The notes beneath the pieces are model-generated. The model ran no database searches. It was not told where the DNA came from and was given only the letters and a program-made list of their open reading frames with translations. Below are positions 37,501 through 51,269 of a DNA stretch of 64,000 nucleotides, piece after piece. Where the stretch lies: contig OZ316897.1 in assembly GCA_973895155.1 (NCBI GenBank), positions 16,119,375 through 16,183,374 of the forward strand. Direction: 5' to 3'. The DNA comes from Marsupella aquatica. Lineage: Eukaryota > Plantae > Marchantiophyta. The position numbers and the translations under genes are program-made. How positions within the stretch are numbered: position 1 is the first letter of the stretch; each line of letters begins with the position of its first letter.

Positions 37501-38581
37501 TGACGTGTTCATCATAGACGAGGCGAGCATGCTGACACCCAAACTGTTGCGTTGCGTCTCCACAAGACTACACGAGACACTACAAGACGAGGACCGCTCA
37601 TCCGACCCGTTCCAAAATAAGACGGTCATCCTGGTCGGAGACATGTGCCAATTGCCTCCGGTTTGCACCCATCACACCAACGACATATGCAGGTCGTGCC
37701 ACCTCTCGTCGTCGCCATATTTTGAGACCATGTGGAAATTTCACCTTAGCACTGTGCTCAGACAGAGCACAGACCGGGAGTTCATGGAGTTCCTTAACAA
37801 CATCCGCACAGGCCTCCCTACCCAAGAATCGATCGATGAGTGTCTGGGACGATGTTACGTGTCCAAACAAGAAGCCCATGATTTCATCGACGCCTCGACG
37901 ACCGTGATATGCACACATAGAGAAACAGTCGACAACTACAACGAACGGGCATTACAGAGATATTTTCCATGCCAAGAGATCATGCCCGTCCCAATACTCA
38001 CCAACGCCCCTTCAGACGAATCCACCCGACCTTGGATACAAGATCCCTCCTTCCACACACTGACGAACGTTGCAATCGGATGCAAGGTGATTCTCACACA
38101 CAACATCGACCTCTCCAAGCAGGCCGCGAACGGCAACGGAGGAATCGTGGAGAAAATCACTACAGAAGCTGAAGGCAAAATGTTGATTTTTGTGAGAATG
38201 TCTTCCAACCACTGCCTCGTAAAGATCAACCGCACGGTTCACGAGAACAAGTTCATCTCGGGACAGCAAACCCATCGGAAATCCACTTTCCCTCTCATGC
38301 TCGGATACGCCATAACAGGTCACAAGAGCCAAGGTTGCACACTAGCGGGCAAGGTCGTGCTAGAAATAAACAGTGCATTCACACCGGGATTGGTGTACGT
38401 TATGTTGAGTAGGGTCACAAATAGAGCATTCATGCGCATTGTTGGAGATCTTACGCCGCCGGACTTCAAAGTGTTCCACTTACAAATTCGTCGTGTTCAA
38501 CAAGCAGATGTCGACCACCAAAGGCAACAAGGCAGCGAAGGCATCACAACAACAACGAGAAACGATGACAGGCGCAAATAG
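34583..38581 (+). mobile_element. Helitron-like RepHel gene (HUH Rep plus PIF1-type SF1 helicase), Helentron/Helitron2 type, intronless, one premature stop
   Basis: ORFs 34583-35209 and 35216-38581 are in frame across a TAG. N-terminal CxxC pairs. Rep motifs are PHFFLMLTCDE, YELQGRASLHNH (about 35969-36004) and YLLKYAIK. Helicase motifs are GNPGSGKT (about 37283), IIDEASM, GDMCQLPPV, YAITGHKSQG and YVMLSRV. Element ends were not defined. Confidence 0.9.
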
Positions 38582-39377
38582 CAATACGATGAGCGCTACT
38601 CCTACAACAGTTCAAGTAAACAGTGTCCACTTCATACTTCACCTTGTTGATGCAAGCGATATATAATGAAATGATGATACGAAAGTTGAAAGATTCATTA
38701 ACATTGACGGGCAGTATTGTTCTAACACATTGTTCACGTCTTTCTTGTGCAGCCCATGACAGCCGTGGAGATGGCAAGGATGATCATGAGAGAGCTGCCG
38801 TCGGATGACTTCCGGACTGACGAGGAGGTAACGGCTAAACAAATTGCTTTCGGCAACGGTCTCGGAATTGAGACAACTGAGATGGTGAACGGAATCAAGA
38901 GGAGAGATCTGTCGAAGATGATCGAGGAGAGGAAAGTGTTCAAGGCCGACTTCTACGATCATTACGAAGATAAACCGGCGACTGGTAAGCACAAAGAGAA
39001 AACCCCAAATAAAAAATGAATTAAACCATCTCATGCACACATTAAGCACTAACTCCGTGTTGAAAACAAATGCAGGTGTCATGAAGGAGATTCTTAGGTA
39101 CATGGCAGTTCCGTTCGAGGAAGACCAGCTCACTTACAAGGACGGGATGCGTGAGTACATCCAGGTCACAAAGGGAGCTCGTCTGGAGCAACTGACCAGA
39201 TTGAGGCATGATTTCAAGATGCCACTTGATATGCTGGTAGGGCTGACACATCAGCAATCCCAGTCCCTGATCGACAGGCTGAGGAGGAGCAGCGACCAGG
39301 GGCTGCTATCGGACGTCCCTGCCCAAACAGCAACGGAACAACCCACCACATCCAAGCGGAAATTCAACGCGATGTGA
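38508..39377 (+). CDS. Predicted 3-exon orphan protein (213 aa) overlapping the RepHel 3' end
   Basis: Exons 38508-38615, 38753-38984 and 39076-39377. Both introns are AT-rich and GT-AG, with matching phases (0 and 1), giving a stop-free 642-nt frame. Confidence 0.55.
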
Positions 39378-41010
39378 CAGTTGTTTCCATGATGTAGTAC
39401 AGAATTTCATTTTTTGGAACAATGTGTTGTATCATGCAAAAACAAATGACAAGTCCCAATAAAGATATCCATTGTCCGACACAAATTCTTGACTCCCAAT
39501 AAAGATACCCATTGTAGGAAACATATTTATCTATATCAATAACTATCTACTTTTTAACACATTTTTTATTTGTATCAATAACTATCCAATTTTCAATCTC
39601 AATCGAATAAAAACAGGTGGGGGTCCACGAACTAATTGAGCATGGGTGAGATGTCAGGCAGTCTCATGTTGTGGCAAGTGGGTGGGTCATCCTGGAAACT
39701 GGGTCTTAGGGAGTGTGCAAGCTAAGAGAGAGAGTAGCAACTTGATTGCAAAAAAAGGCACAATAATCAAACCGCTAGAGAGGTTTCCCACTAGAATGAC
39801 ATCTTTTAAATAGACTATGAGAAAAAACGAAGGGATTGTATATTGTGAACTTTAGATTGTTCCATGGGACACATGATAAAATTAGACTATACAGAGAAGA
39901 TTAAAATGCCCATAGGAAATGGTCCAAAGTTTTGGCGTTAAATATTGATTTCCAAGGGGAAAAAAATAACCATTTAAACATAATCCCACCAACCATTTTT
40001 CTTTTTTTATACCCTCGTTGGCGGAGTCACACCCCGCCGCAAAGCTCACTTCGCCGGGAGAAAATCACGGGAACCCGGCGCCGGTGCGGCCTCCGCAAAA
40101 CCCGGCGCTCCGAGCGGTCAGTTCCGCCCATGTCCGGCGAAAGCCGCTCGGAAAGACGACGAATTCAAGCACGTAAAGACAGAAACCGCGCTTCTCCCGA
40201 ACGACGATCGCCGTCCAAACCGTGCGCCGATGGACGATCGCCGTCCATGGCCCGCTCCCTCGGAAAGAAGGCGCTCCAAGGGAAAGATGGCGAGCCTCCC
40301 CGGCCGTAAAGATGAGCTCGACGTGCCTGAAGAAAGTGCTCTCGAGAGCTTTCTTCAGTGAAACGCTCTCAAGTGAGCAGATCCGCGAGCTGACAGAATT
40401 CTCTCGAGATTGTTGATCACTTGCTCGCCCTTTCGTCGATTGAGGAGCTAGAGGACGGTGCGGAGAGTTCCTCCGAATTGTTAAGTAGGAGGTTCTTTTC
40501 TAGTGACAACATTGCTTATTTGATTTCGAATCTGGCACTCGAGCTCTCTGGTGGGTCTTCATGTCTATGAGGGAGAGAATGATTGATCGAGAAAACTTAT
40601 TACCAAGTTTAGGATTGATTGTCTGCTGGAATTGGACAGCTAGAGGTGTTGACATTGCTTCCGGATTTCTGACCAGGAGGGACTGACGACTCACGTACAT
40701 TGTTCACCTATTTGAGAACCATGCTACCTCTCTAATAGTTGTGCTGCTGTCCCATCTTCGTTTTGCATATGAGCAAGTTTAGATTGTTGACATTGTTTCC
40801 AATTGATGAGCAGAAGGGACAATACTCATAAAAATGTGTACGAATCTGATGAGCAACCTGCCCCCTCTGTCTGCGTAGCGGGTCTGCCGTCATTGATAAG
40901 GAGGAGGTGTTGATATTCGCTTCCCAATCTGATGAGCAGGAAGGCGGTGCGACGGTGCCTCCCAATTTTATGAACATGAAGTTTTGACATTGGTTGCGGA
41001 ATTGGTGAAT

Positions 41011-41042
41011 AGGAGGAGGAGGAGGAGGAGGAGGAGGAGGAG
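41011..41042 (+). repeat. (AGG)n microsatellite just upstream of the PDI start codon
   Basis: About 10 perfect AGG units. Confidence 0.9.
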
Positions 41043-41058
41043 CTGTTAAGGATATGAA

Positions 41059-44000
41059 ATGATGGGGAAAGGCAGCAAGATAGGTGGTGGAGAACGGCTC
41101 CGGGTGTTGTTGCTGACCGTGGGCGCAGTTCTGCTACTCGCAGTCACCGTGGGGACAAATGTGCTGCAATGTGATGCTGTGCACATCAGTTCGTCTACCG
41201 AGAAGAGCCACTTAGAATCAGAAGAATATCACACGAAATTGCAGGATGCGGATGGATGTGCAGCAGAGGATGATGACAATGGGATTTGCTTACCGCCGTC
41301 TATGAATGGGGATAAAACGAAGGCAGGGGAGGCCGTGAAAGAAGCACAGGAAGAGGAGGAGTTTGAGTTTGAGTTTGAAGATGTGGAGGTAGAGAGCAAT
41401 GGAGATGACGACGACGGCGAATATGAGGAGAGTGATGACGAAGACGAGGAAGGCGAAGATTTGGAAGACGAAGAAGAAGACGATTTCGAAGGAGAGGACT
41501 TTGAAGATGAATTAGAAGGCGAGGAGAGATTGAAAGCGGAAGAAGAAGACGATCAGGAAGAAAAATTGGTGCGTTATTGATCTCCTTTTGATTTTAACAA
41601 TTTGTTATTGTGATCGTTTAAGGAAAGGTCCGGAGATCCAATAATCGAAGCCCAGAATTGCTTATTGTACACTAATTCATCATCAGCATTGGGCTTGATC
41701 CGAAACAATGGTCCGGGTGTTAGATCTTCCTTCTTTGGACACTCAACGGTGAATGGCAGTTCTTCTTTGTTATGTCAAGCATGGGGCGTCCATAATCATA
41801 ATCATAATAATAAGATGCACCAAGGCGACCACATGGTGGAATCTGTCCGCCTTATTCATTTGGATAACTGTTGAGGCTTCAGTGTTTGACAAATCTATTA
41901 TACCACAATCAAGGTAACCGTAAAATACTTGGGTTTCGGCTTTGGAAACATGTCCATTGCTGCTGATTTTTTGAAACAAGAGTAGTGATTATCCTGCTGA
42001 ATTCGAACGAAGAAAGATTTTTTCCTTTTCTTATTTTATCAAACATAGTTGATGAACGTTGAGGCCTACTCCAAGTGACTGGGAAGGCTCCATTCTTTGG
42101 CTAAAAGACGTTCTTCAATGGGATGGCAAGATCTAGGAACTAGGCTACCTAAGGGAAAGCCACCATGCCTGTGGATCATCGTAGTCTGTTCTGATTCCAA
42201 AAGTAGACTTTTTGAAAACGTAGGGTAAAAATGAATAGACAACGGGATTAAGAACCTCTAAAAATGTGCAGTTTGATGAGACGGACGTCGTGGTGCTGGG
42301 AGGTGCAAATTTCTCCGAGTTCGTGAATTCAAGACACTATGTTATGGTGGAGTTTTATGCCCCCTGGTGTGGCCATTGTAAAGCCATGGCGCCGGAGTAT
42401 GCAGAGGCAGCAACAATTCTCAAAAGCGAAGCAGTTTTGGCGAAGGTGGATGCCACTGCTCACGACGTACTTGCTCGGGAGTATGGCGTGGAGTCCTACC
42501 CTACGCTGTTCTTCATCATTGATGGGGTCCACAAAAAGTACCCCGGTCACAATAAAAGGTTGGTTTTCGTAACATAGGGTCTCAGAATGAATAAGACAAC
42601 CTTTACTTATTAAGAAACTTATCAGGGTCTTGAATGATGTAGAAATATTTTGTAAGTGGCCAAATCTTTGCAAGCTGCGTGGTTTTTTGGTTCTCAGCGT
42701 TATCTAGCATAATGAATTGTAATCTGCAAAACTAGTTGAATAGTTTGAACCCCTCGAGATTTCAAGATGCTAACCGGTCCTTAGTGTTTAGTCACTTGGG
42801 CCCCTTTTAAAAAAATTTCATGTCTCTTATATTTAATGGATTCCCGTCCTTTCTTAGTAAGCATTTCGCTTGATTTCCCGAAATCCTGTAATACTATAAT
42901 GGTCTCGGAATGGTCATACAGCTGGTGTCCTCACCGTGCATCTCACCAAAAGTTGTATCCGTTTCGTTCTTTCATTTTGTATTGCGAAACTGTTGGTTAT
43001 TTTGTCGTGTATGTAAGCTTAGCTCCATTGGGTCGTTGCAGGGACGAAATTGTAGACTGGGTGAAGAAGAAAACTAGTCTAACCGTAGCAAAGCTATTAT
43101 CCAAGGGCGATGCCGAGTTGACTCTCGACTCACAGAAGTCTCCCATAGCCATCGCACTTCTAAGTTCCTTGGAGGTACTAGCGAAGAATCAAGCTTGAGT
43201 TTCTCCCTTCTCCTTCCCTCCTCTTACCCCGCGCTTGGATTATTTTTGTCCATAATTAATTCTTCTAGTCCTGAATCGGAGAAGTCTTTAGTAGCGTTTT
43301 TATTGTTTTTAGAAATCTTACAGCTTAAGAGCTCAGTTGGATAGAGCCATGAGTAGTCATTTGTGGTTGGTTTGGTGAAATGGCAGGGAGAAGAGGTTGA
43401 AGAGTTTACATCTTCAGCAAGGCAAGAGGATGACGTTTCGTTCTACCTAACAAACAGTGCTGAAGTGGCTGAGGTTTTTGACATCCCCAGTGACGTCAAG
43501 CGGCCGGCCGTTTTGTTGCTGAAGCAGGAGCCCGAGAAGGTCACTTGGTTTGGTGAGTACTGAAACTCTCGCACAACAGTTGATCCCCCATCTGCATGGA
43601 GCATTGATTATGATTCAGAATTGGAGTTGCTATTGAAGCAGTCAGCAGGAAAATGAAGTATGTGCCGTGGATAGACAAGTAGAGGTCATGAATTTGAGAA
43701 TACAGTCGTGTAGATCTGGATTTTAGATGTGTTATCATAAGACGTGCAAATGGCCCATTTCTGCCCTTGTAGTTACTCATAGCGATCGAGTGGTTAGTTT
43801 TTGTAGATCTTCAAATAAGCAAGTGGTGCATTTGGATGCTAAGAATTAAATTTACAGATAAAAACTAATTTTGTCTCTATGGTCTATGTAATTCTAGATG
43901 GTCCGTTCAAGCGAGACGAAATTTCAGCATTCGTGGCCAAACACAAGCTTCCCTTGATTGTGACCTACAACAAGGAAACCTCCTCATTAATATTTCAATC

Positions 44001-47000
44001 ATCCATCAAGAAACAAGTACGTCACAGGCTTCTAATGTTGATATTTTGTTAACTCTGGGGCAAACTGAATGGTGGAATTCTTACTGGAGAGCAGACCTCC
44101 ATGTATATTCTTTTGGATAGAGGAGTTCTGATTACTTAAGGGATATCTTTTGTCTAGAGTTTTAAGATTTTACCTGAATCAGATTTAGATGTCGTTACTT
44201 TCTTGCGTCTGCTCCTTAGTGAGAATGGTAGAGTACTGTTTTCAATTGCATTTTATGGGCACTTTCCACCAAGTTACGGAGGGTGCAGTCATTTAGACAT
44301 TTCCACGCTGGATTGTGACGTTGGCAGGTCATCCTCTTCGCTGGTCAAGACGATCTTAACGAGCTGAAAGCCGGTTTCATGGAAGTATCGAAAGCTCTTC
44401 TAGGAAACGTACGGGCCACCTCAAGTTTGCAAATATTGAACTTCTCAAGTACAGAAGCGAATTGGTGGTGATTTGTAAGTGCTTGCTTTGTTCAGGTTAT
44501 GAATCCACCGTAACAGAGTTCAAGTTTCCGCGTGCAGTTAGTATTTGTCCACGTGGATCTCGACGATGAAGAGCAGGCAAAGGGAATTATTGAGTTCTTT
44601 GGTCTAACTGGGGACAAGCCAGCGGTAGGCTCTCTTATCGTGTGCCACAAATGTCATGTGCCTTGGATGAAATTGACAAATTGCTGGCATGTCTGGAATC
44701 CCTCAAAACCTTCTAGCTTCTTACTAGTCTATATAGAGATGTGCACTTCCTCAGATTGTCCTTGGTTGAATTTGCTGCAAAACGTCGGCATAAGAAGAAT
44801 TCTTTAGAGACCACTTTTGTTCATGCCGAAAATACTTGGAGCATGGTGCAGGTTATGGGGTATGAGACACAAGAAAACGGACGGAAGTTTTTGCTAGAGG
44901 CTGATATCACGGCACAAAATGTGAAGGTAAACTTACTTATCTGTTCCATGTTGATCAGCGCTAACCTTAAAGATGAAATCAGATCCTTGTAGAGGCCAAA
45001 TTAGTCTTTTTAAACTGAGTTTTATATATTCTTTTGAAGGCCTGTCATTTCAGTAATAATAAGTTTTGATCACCTTATGCATAATTTGGAACTCTCAATT
45101 CTAAGCAAGCTTGATGCAGGCAATCTTCAGTAGTAAGTTTTTTAGTGGTTCTGCATCTGCTTAGGGGATGTTTGCAGATTCAAAGTAGGTCATCTAAGCT
45201 AGAACTCAAAATGTCAATGACCGTGTGTACTGCTATCAGGCCTTTGGAGAGGCTTTTTTAGCCGACAGCCTTAAGCCCCACCTCAAATCAGAGGCAATTC
45301 CTGAAACGGTATGGCCAGTTCTGGACATCGTTATTTCTTTGAAATAGCATTACAGGACAGTGACAAATTTGTGACTTCCACCATTGTTACCAACAATTTT
45401 CTTCATCTAGATGTACACATTAAGTGTTATGGTCATATGAGAGAATCTTAACAATGGTCATTGCCTCCCGTAACAGAATGACGAAGATGTGAAGATTGTG
45501 GTGGGCAAGAATTTGGATGACGTTCTTCTCGATGAAACTAAGGATGCTTTTCTTGAGGTTTGTTCCTACTGTCAATGTCTCCCATAATTCATACAAGGCA
45601 GAGTAAATTGCGGATGTTTCGTCTTCTGTAGATATCAAGCTGCAATTGCTGCACACAAATTACAGTATCAGATGTACTCCCTATATCTGGGTAGTAGGCT
45701 TTGCAAATTCTTCGCGTCACTCCCCCTACAGCACCAGCTATGATACCACTTGTGAGCTGTACAAGTGTGTTGAGCAATGTGACCCTTCAAGAGTGACACA
45801 GATCATCCGCACGCTTCTACAGACGATTTCTCTGCCCATTATCCTCACTAGTTCTTGTGTGGGGATCTCTACTCTATGGTCGTTATCCCCTGTAAGAGAA
45901 CTGTTTGGGGGATATACCGCAGACACGGAGTGCTCTGTGAAACTAAAACTTGGGGTAGCTTACTGTGTGCTTAAGATATGAGCTCGTGTGTGCGAACATA
46001 GAATATCTGAAAACTGGAGAGATACGGGAGGACATGAACTACATGAGCTACAGCAGTCGCCATTCTCACTCTTCTCTGATAGTCAATTACACTCCTGGGT
46101 CTGGACTACATAATCTTGTCCAGCTTGTGCAGAAGCTTGAGGTTCTTAACTAAAAATCTGAACAGGGCATAGATCTAAACTGGAGTAGCTGCCATAATAT
46201 TTGCATTGACAGTTGTCATAGTCAATATAATCATTTGCAAACACTACCAACAATGGAACTAGTTTACTCTTATTTTGGAATTAGAGCAGTTGAAAGCTGT
46301 TGTGGAAACGTTGAATTGATATTCTCCTCACGTTCTTTCTATTGGGTATCTCCTGTGCATCTCGTGTAGATATATATGCCTGGTTGTGGGCATTGTCAAG
46401 AACTGGAACCAATTTGGAATAAACTGGCCAGGCGATTAAGATCAGTAGAGTCGATTGTCATTGCAAAGATGGATGGCACTGCTAATGAACACGACAGAGC
46501 AAAGGTACGTACAAGGACTAATCATCTAAGTACTAGGGATGACAATTTTCCGGCATGAACTTTTCCTTTTATTAGAGTCAGCAACGCGCATGTAATGTCT
46601 TCAACAAAAAGTGCAGATAATTTGAGAGTACTTGGTGTTTTGTTTGTATCTGCAGCCAGATGGCTTCCCCACTCTCCTTTTCTTTCCTGCAGGGAAGAAA
46701 AGTTTTGATCCGGTATGTTCTCATAAATACAACACCCTGTCCATTTTATTGGATTTTTTTTTTCCTTCTGTAGGTTAGATGGAATGTGACACTGTTCTCT
46801 CAGGGGATTGCTGGATTTCTTTCTGCTGTTTCCCTGAAAGCGCCCTGTTGGACTGTCAGAATTATTTATAACCTTTAGGCAGGCTAACGTAGAGCACAAT
46901 TAATCCTCTGTCAGTGTGGCCTTTGTTCATCCCAATTCCCTCCCTCCGTGATCTTTGCATTAGGTTCACCGGCTCTCTTCTTTCTCCTATATCACTTTCT

Positions 47001-47385
47001 TTGTGCTTTTTGTCCTTCTGCGTAGAGTTTATTCCCGGGGTTTCTTTCATGCACCTCATGGGGATTGTCAAAGTCTGCGTCACAATCTCTCTGCTGCTAA
47101 GTTGCTGTTTAATTGATGGTCCAGATAACATTTGACGGAGACAGGACAGTGAAGGAGTTCGTCAAGTTTCTGAAAAAAGAAGCTGCCATTCCCTTTACAG
47201 TGCCAAAGAAACCTGAGAGCCAAGAGAACTCACGTGCAGCGCAACTGACCAATGAGTTTACGAGCACCACGACGTCAGCTGAAGAGCCTACCAGTGATGC
47301 AGAGAGCATCTCTTCTACTTCTGCAGAACCTGAACTTGCCTCTGTAATCGAGGAATCTCAGAGTTTCAGGAAGGACGAGCTATGA
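41059..47385 (+). CDS. Protein disulfide isomerase (plant PDIL1-3/1-4 type, acidic N-terminal extension, a-b-b'-a'), about 13 exons
   Basis: Signal peptide followed by a D/E-rich tract in exon 1 (41059-41568). Exon 42272-42558 has EFYAPWCGHC, and the exon at about 46370-46504 has YMPGCGHC and IAKMDGTANEH. The protein ends in KDEL-stop at 47385. The intervening GT-AG exons encode the b/b' domains. Confidence 0.92.
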
Positions 47386-48139
47386 GGATCTCTCAAATTC
47401 TTACACTTTAGGTAGTTTCAAAGTTTTCAAAACTTGTGAGGCTTCTGTTTATGTCCACTTTACAGATTTTTTCATCCAGCGAAGAAGTTGCCAAGGTCGA
47501 GAGTGTCAAAGTCACTTGGGACGTGGTTGTCATTTTGCTGTGGATCTCACTCTTCAATCTAATTTGATGTAACATAATGGCGTTCACCCAATATGACCTC
47601 GGCTAGTTAGGTAAAGTATATGAAAGCTCAAGGCCATCTGCTCTTCTAAACTCACTTCAATTCTTTTGTCATGGTGGAGAAACACATGAACGAGTAGATG
47701 ATCAATACATGATTTGAATTGGCTTTAGATTCATTGACCCCCATCTCTGGGTAAATAGCAAACGTAGTCAGACGCCCAAGACGTAGGATTGAGACAGAAA
47801 ACTCTGATTGGTTCTTACTTTGATAGGAGTCATTCGTCCACAATTTCATGGATTGTACCTGATTCCAATTCTAGACAGTTTTCTACTTATCAATTGGAAC
47901 CAGCGACTACCTTTCGGAAGCATCTGTGAGTAGGAGCAACGATTTGCGCCTGTGTCTCGTGCGATTACCACCAATTCGGATCAGAGACAGCCAGCTTTAA
48001 GGGGAGTATGTGATTCGATAATCTTATCCGAATGCGCGCTTCAGGTCACGAGTCATGAAGAGCTTTTTGTCAATTCGTACTCCGCGTACTTTAAATCGTG
48101 ATCTCAATTGTGAGGCAGCTATTTGGCCTGACGGATGTG

Positions 48140-48308
48140 GAGTTCTGGAACTAACGGTGAGGCCAATAACGTTGAGGCCAACATACACGGCCACAGATCT
48201 AAGATATTATCTTCCTTCTTCTTGCAGAGTTCTGGAACTAACGGTGAGGCCAATAACGTTGAGGCCAACATACACGGCCACAGATCTAAGATATTATCTT
48301 CCTTCTTC
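48140..48308. repeat. Near-perfect 87-bp tandem duplication
   Basis: GAGTTCTGGAACTAACGG...ATCTTCCTTCTT starts at 48140 and again at 48227. Confidence 0.9.
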
Positions 48309-49363
48309 ATGCAGCCGTTTGACCATTCCCACATCCAGTCGGATAGAGAACTTGTCCATCAGCACTCAACTGCTCTATGCAGACACTAGCGCGATAGCAA
48401 TTTCTGAGACTTGTTCAATCTGCTCTCTGAGCCTGCAACTTATTGAAGCTCACTTCAGACAGACGTAGTAATTCGGGTTTCTGTGGTGAGACTTTGGCAT
48501 TCCTCAACATGTTGACCTGATCTCGACAAGAGAAACATTAGAGACACAACACAAAGCCTCTCCGCGAATTCAAGGTTCGCAACCCTCCTCCCAGGTCATC
48601 CAAGCAACGAAGTAATGAAGTTGCTGAGAAATTCAACAAAAGTGAACATGTCAACGACCAGTTTCAGCCGACGTAGACATCTTGCCACTAAAGTGGTGAA
48701 CTCCCAGTTGACAGTTGACGAGAGTGAACGCGCACTGGGCATGCGGGCGGGTTGGAAGGTGATCACGGCTTGCATGAAGACGGAGGGTCAAAATGGGAAA
48801 ACGCCTCCCTACAGGTTCTCCTCGGTTCTCTCCAATGTGGCTAGCTTAGATTGCAGAGGAGCTCATCTTGCATAGACGCGGGCGCCAAGAAGGAGAAGCA
48901 TCTTTACCTTCACGAATTCTTTTGGCTGGCCTCTTCGGGGATTGCTATTTTGGTCCTTACATCTAAGGGCACTGTCAAATTCACGACCGACGACCAACTA
49001 TTCATAACCCCTCATCCTCTACCCCTCAATTCGAACTAATAATGCTCTCTGCAAACTTCTTTTTAAATATATTTTCCTGTACATGAAATGTAATCTACGA
49101 AATGCATCCTCTGCCCCTCAATTCGAACTCACAATGTTCTCTGCAAACTTCTTTTTAAATAAATTTTCCCTGTACATGAAATGTAATCTACGAAATGATG
49201 AAATCAGTCTACGACATCAGTCTGAGGAAATCAGTCTACTAAATCAGTCTAAGAAATCAGTCTACGACATGCTGTCCTGCGGGTGCTGACCAAATTTTGT
49301 CATTGGAGAGTACAGCTTTAAAGCTCAACTGTGCCGATGAGGAAGCTATTGGCAGTCAGACTA

Positions 49364-50203
49364 TTATGGTGCACAGCCTCCCAGACTAAAGGTCGTCCCC
49401 ACACTCCAAGTCCCACAGACCACAGACCTGCAAAGAAGTTGACTACCGTTCTCCCCATCCCTGGGCCGCATCATTACTAGAAGTTCGTGACCCGAACGCA
49501 CAACCCTGGGAAATAAATACCATTCCAGACGAAACCTGTCATACTTAACAGGCTGTACCAGCTTCCAGGTATTCGAGGAAGGATCATACAAATCCACGTT
49601 TTCCGAGAGATTGTGAAGCTGTTCACCAATCACGAACAACAACGGTTGCCCTTGTACGGTGTTGTTTACTACCCTCCACTTCTCGGTAGAGCAATTAAAC
49701 ACCATCAGCAACTTGGGCTCTCGGTAATGCGATACCGGAACGTAGATTTCCTTATTGAGACAGGCCACCCTCAAATCAACCAAACGATTCTGCCCGAGGG
49801 CAATGCACGGCTCGTCCACAATCAAAGACCACTCGTCCTTCTTTGGATCGAAAACTTCCACACTGACACACTCCTTAGAGAATGCGTAGAGCTTTCCATC
49901 GTAAGGCACACAAAGTTTAAGTTTTCCATCTCAAGCCCTGCGAGGTTCATGTTTTCCATTCCAAGACTCGAAGTATTCAATATAAGCCAGGAACTTCGTG
50001 CCTGAGCATGGTTTCCAAGCGCGGTGACATCCTCCGAGATCCAGCGATAGAAATCTAGTTTGTAACTGGAATCTTCCTCCCTCGGTCTTATGTACATAAA
50101 AATCCCGAACATAAACCTTATCATCCAGCAGCAATGGTAGAGCTAGGGATTTTTTGACAAACTCTGGCATGAATGACCTTACGTGAGGCACCAGAGGCAT
50201 CAA
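49364..50203 (-). pseudogene. Kelch-repeat (F-box/kelch-like) gene remnant
   Basis: Kelch-like blades YDGKLYAF..VEVFDPKKDEW, LNKEIYV..LMVFNCSTEKW and VIGEQL..VDLYDPSSNTW. The upstream part lies in different frames and no F-box is seen. Confidence 0.6.
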
Positions 50204-51269
50204 CTGCTGCTCTAGATCATGGACTGAGTTCGCTTCCTTGCGTTCTACACTTGTCGTCCCTCAATGGCTCTCTTCCAGGCCCAATTAACACACGCCAGTA
50301 CACACAAAGTTCTCCATGACACAAGGCACACTGGCACTGAGAAGGTCACACTACAGAAAACCTCTCTATTAAATCCGTTTTTCGCTCATTCATCACACCT
50401 GCTGCTGCACAGTTAGAATAGTAGATTGGCTCTATTAGGAGAGGAATAATAATACATCGCAGGACGGTAGAGCGTACCCAGTAAGCTCCTTGAATTATGG
50501 GGAGATAAGGACTAGGGAAGCCGTGCTAATACTCGTTTGGTCAAGTTTCTTGACCAGGGTGCGCCGATACACACGTAAGCGACATTAAGATGACAGAGCA
50601 GGGTAGTTCCAATCGGTGCCGAATACCAGCGTATTAGGTGGGTTTGTCATGAGGTGATAACTAGCTTCAGGCCAAGAATTCTGGCCCACAGAGAGCCTGA
50701 GTAGAGGAAAAGTTGAATGCTGTCTCATAACGAATGCAATGTCTCCTCAAACATAGAAATCCAAGGTCCCAATTGCCACCGTACCAGAAGTAGAGTGGGC
50801 TCATCACAGGGATTCTGCCCAAAGAACTCGGCAACTGCTCGATCAGCCCTGGAGCACCTCGATGTGCATGGAAACCAGGTTTCGGGAAACCTCCCAGACG
50901 CCGAGCTCAAAAGATGTTAGTGTTTGTCCTCTTTAGACCTCTTTTGAGTTTTCTCCAGTGTACTTTGTTTGGCCTTATTTTTGTAAATTGATCATTCAAA
51001 CCAAAGCATTAGTACTCCCTATTTGCAGAGTCCATCACCATTGTTTTCTGTTGTTTCGCTGGCAAGGAGGGAGGCTGTGGGTGCACCCACCATGGAAATT
51101 TTATCTGAGCACGCCTAGCCATCCCCATCATAGACAGAAGGAAAAAAAAGATGCGAAACTAGTAATGAGTCGAATGAAAGTTTGGATTTAGTAGAAATGG
51201 CGTGACCAAGGCAGAGGGTTGGGAGAAAAAAGGGGAGGGGTACAATTAAAGGTTGGCTGGTGGGGTTCT

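Noticed and set aside
35350-38340. Multiple antisense ORFs over RepHel (for example 36665-37480)
   Set aside because: They are shadow ORFs expected from GC-rich codon usage on the opposite strand.
39770-39800. CTAG near 39791 as the Helitron 3' end
   Set aside because: There is no convincing GC-rich hairpin and it is not followed by T. The ends cannot be fixed from one copy.
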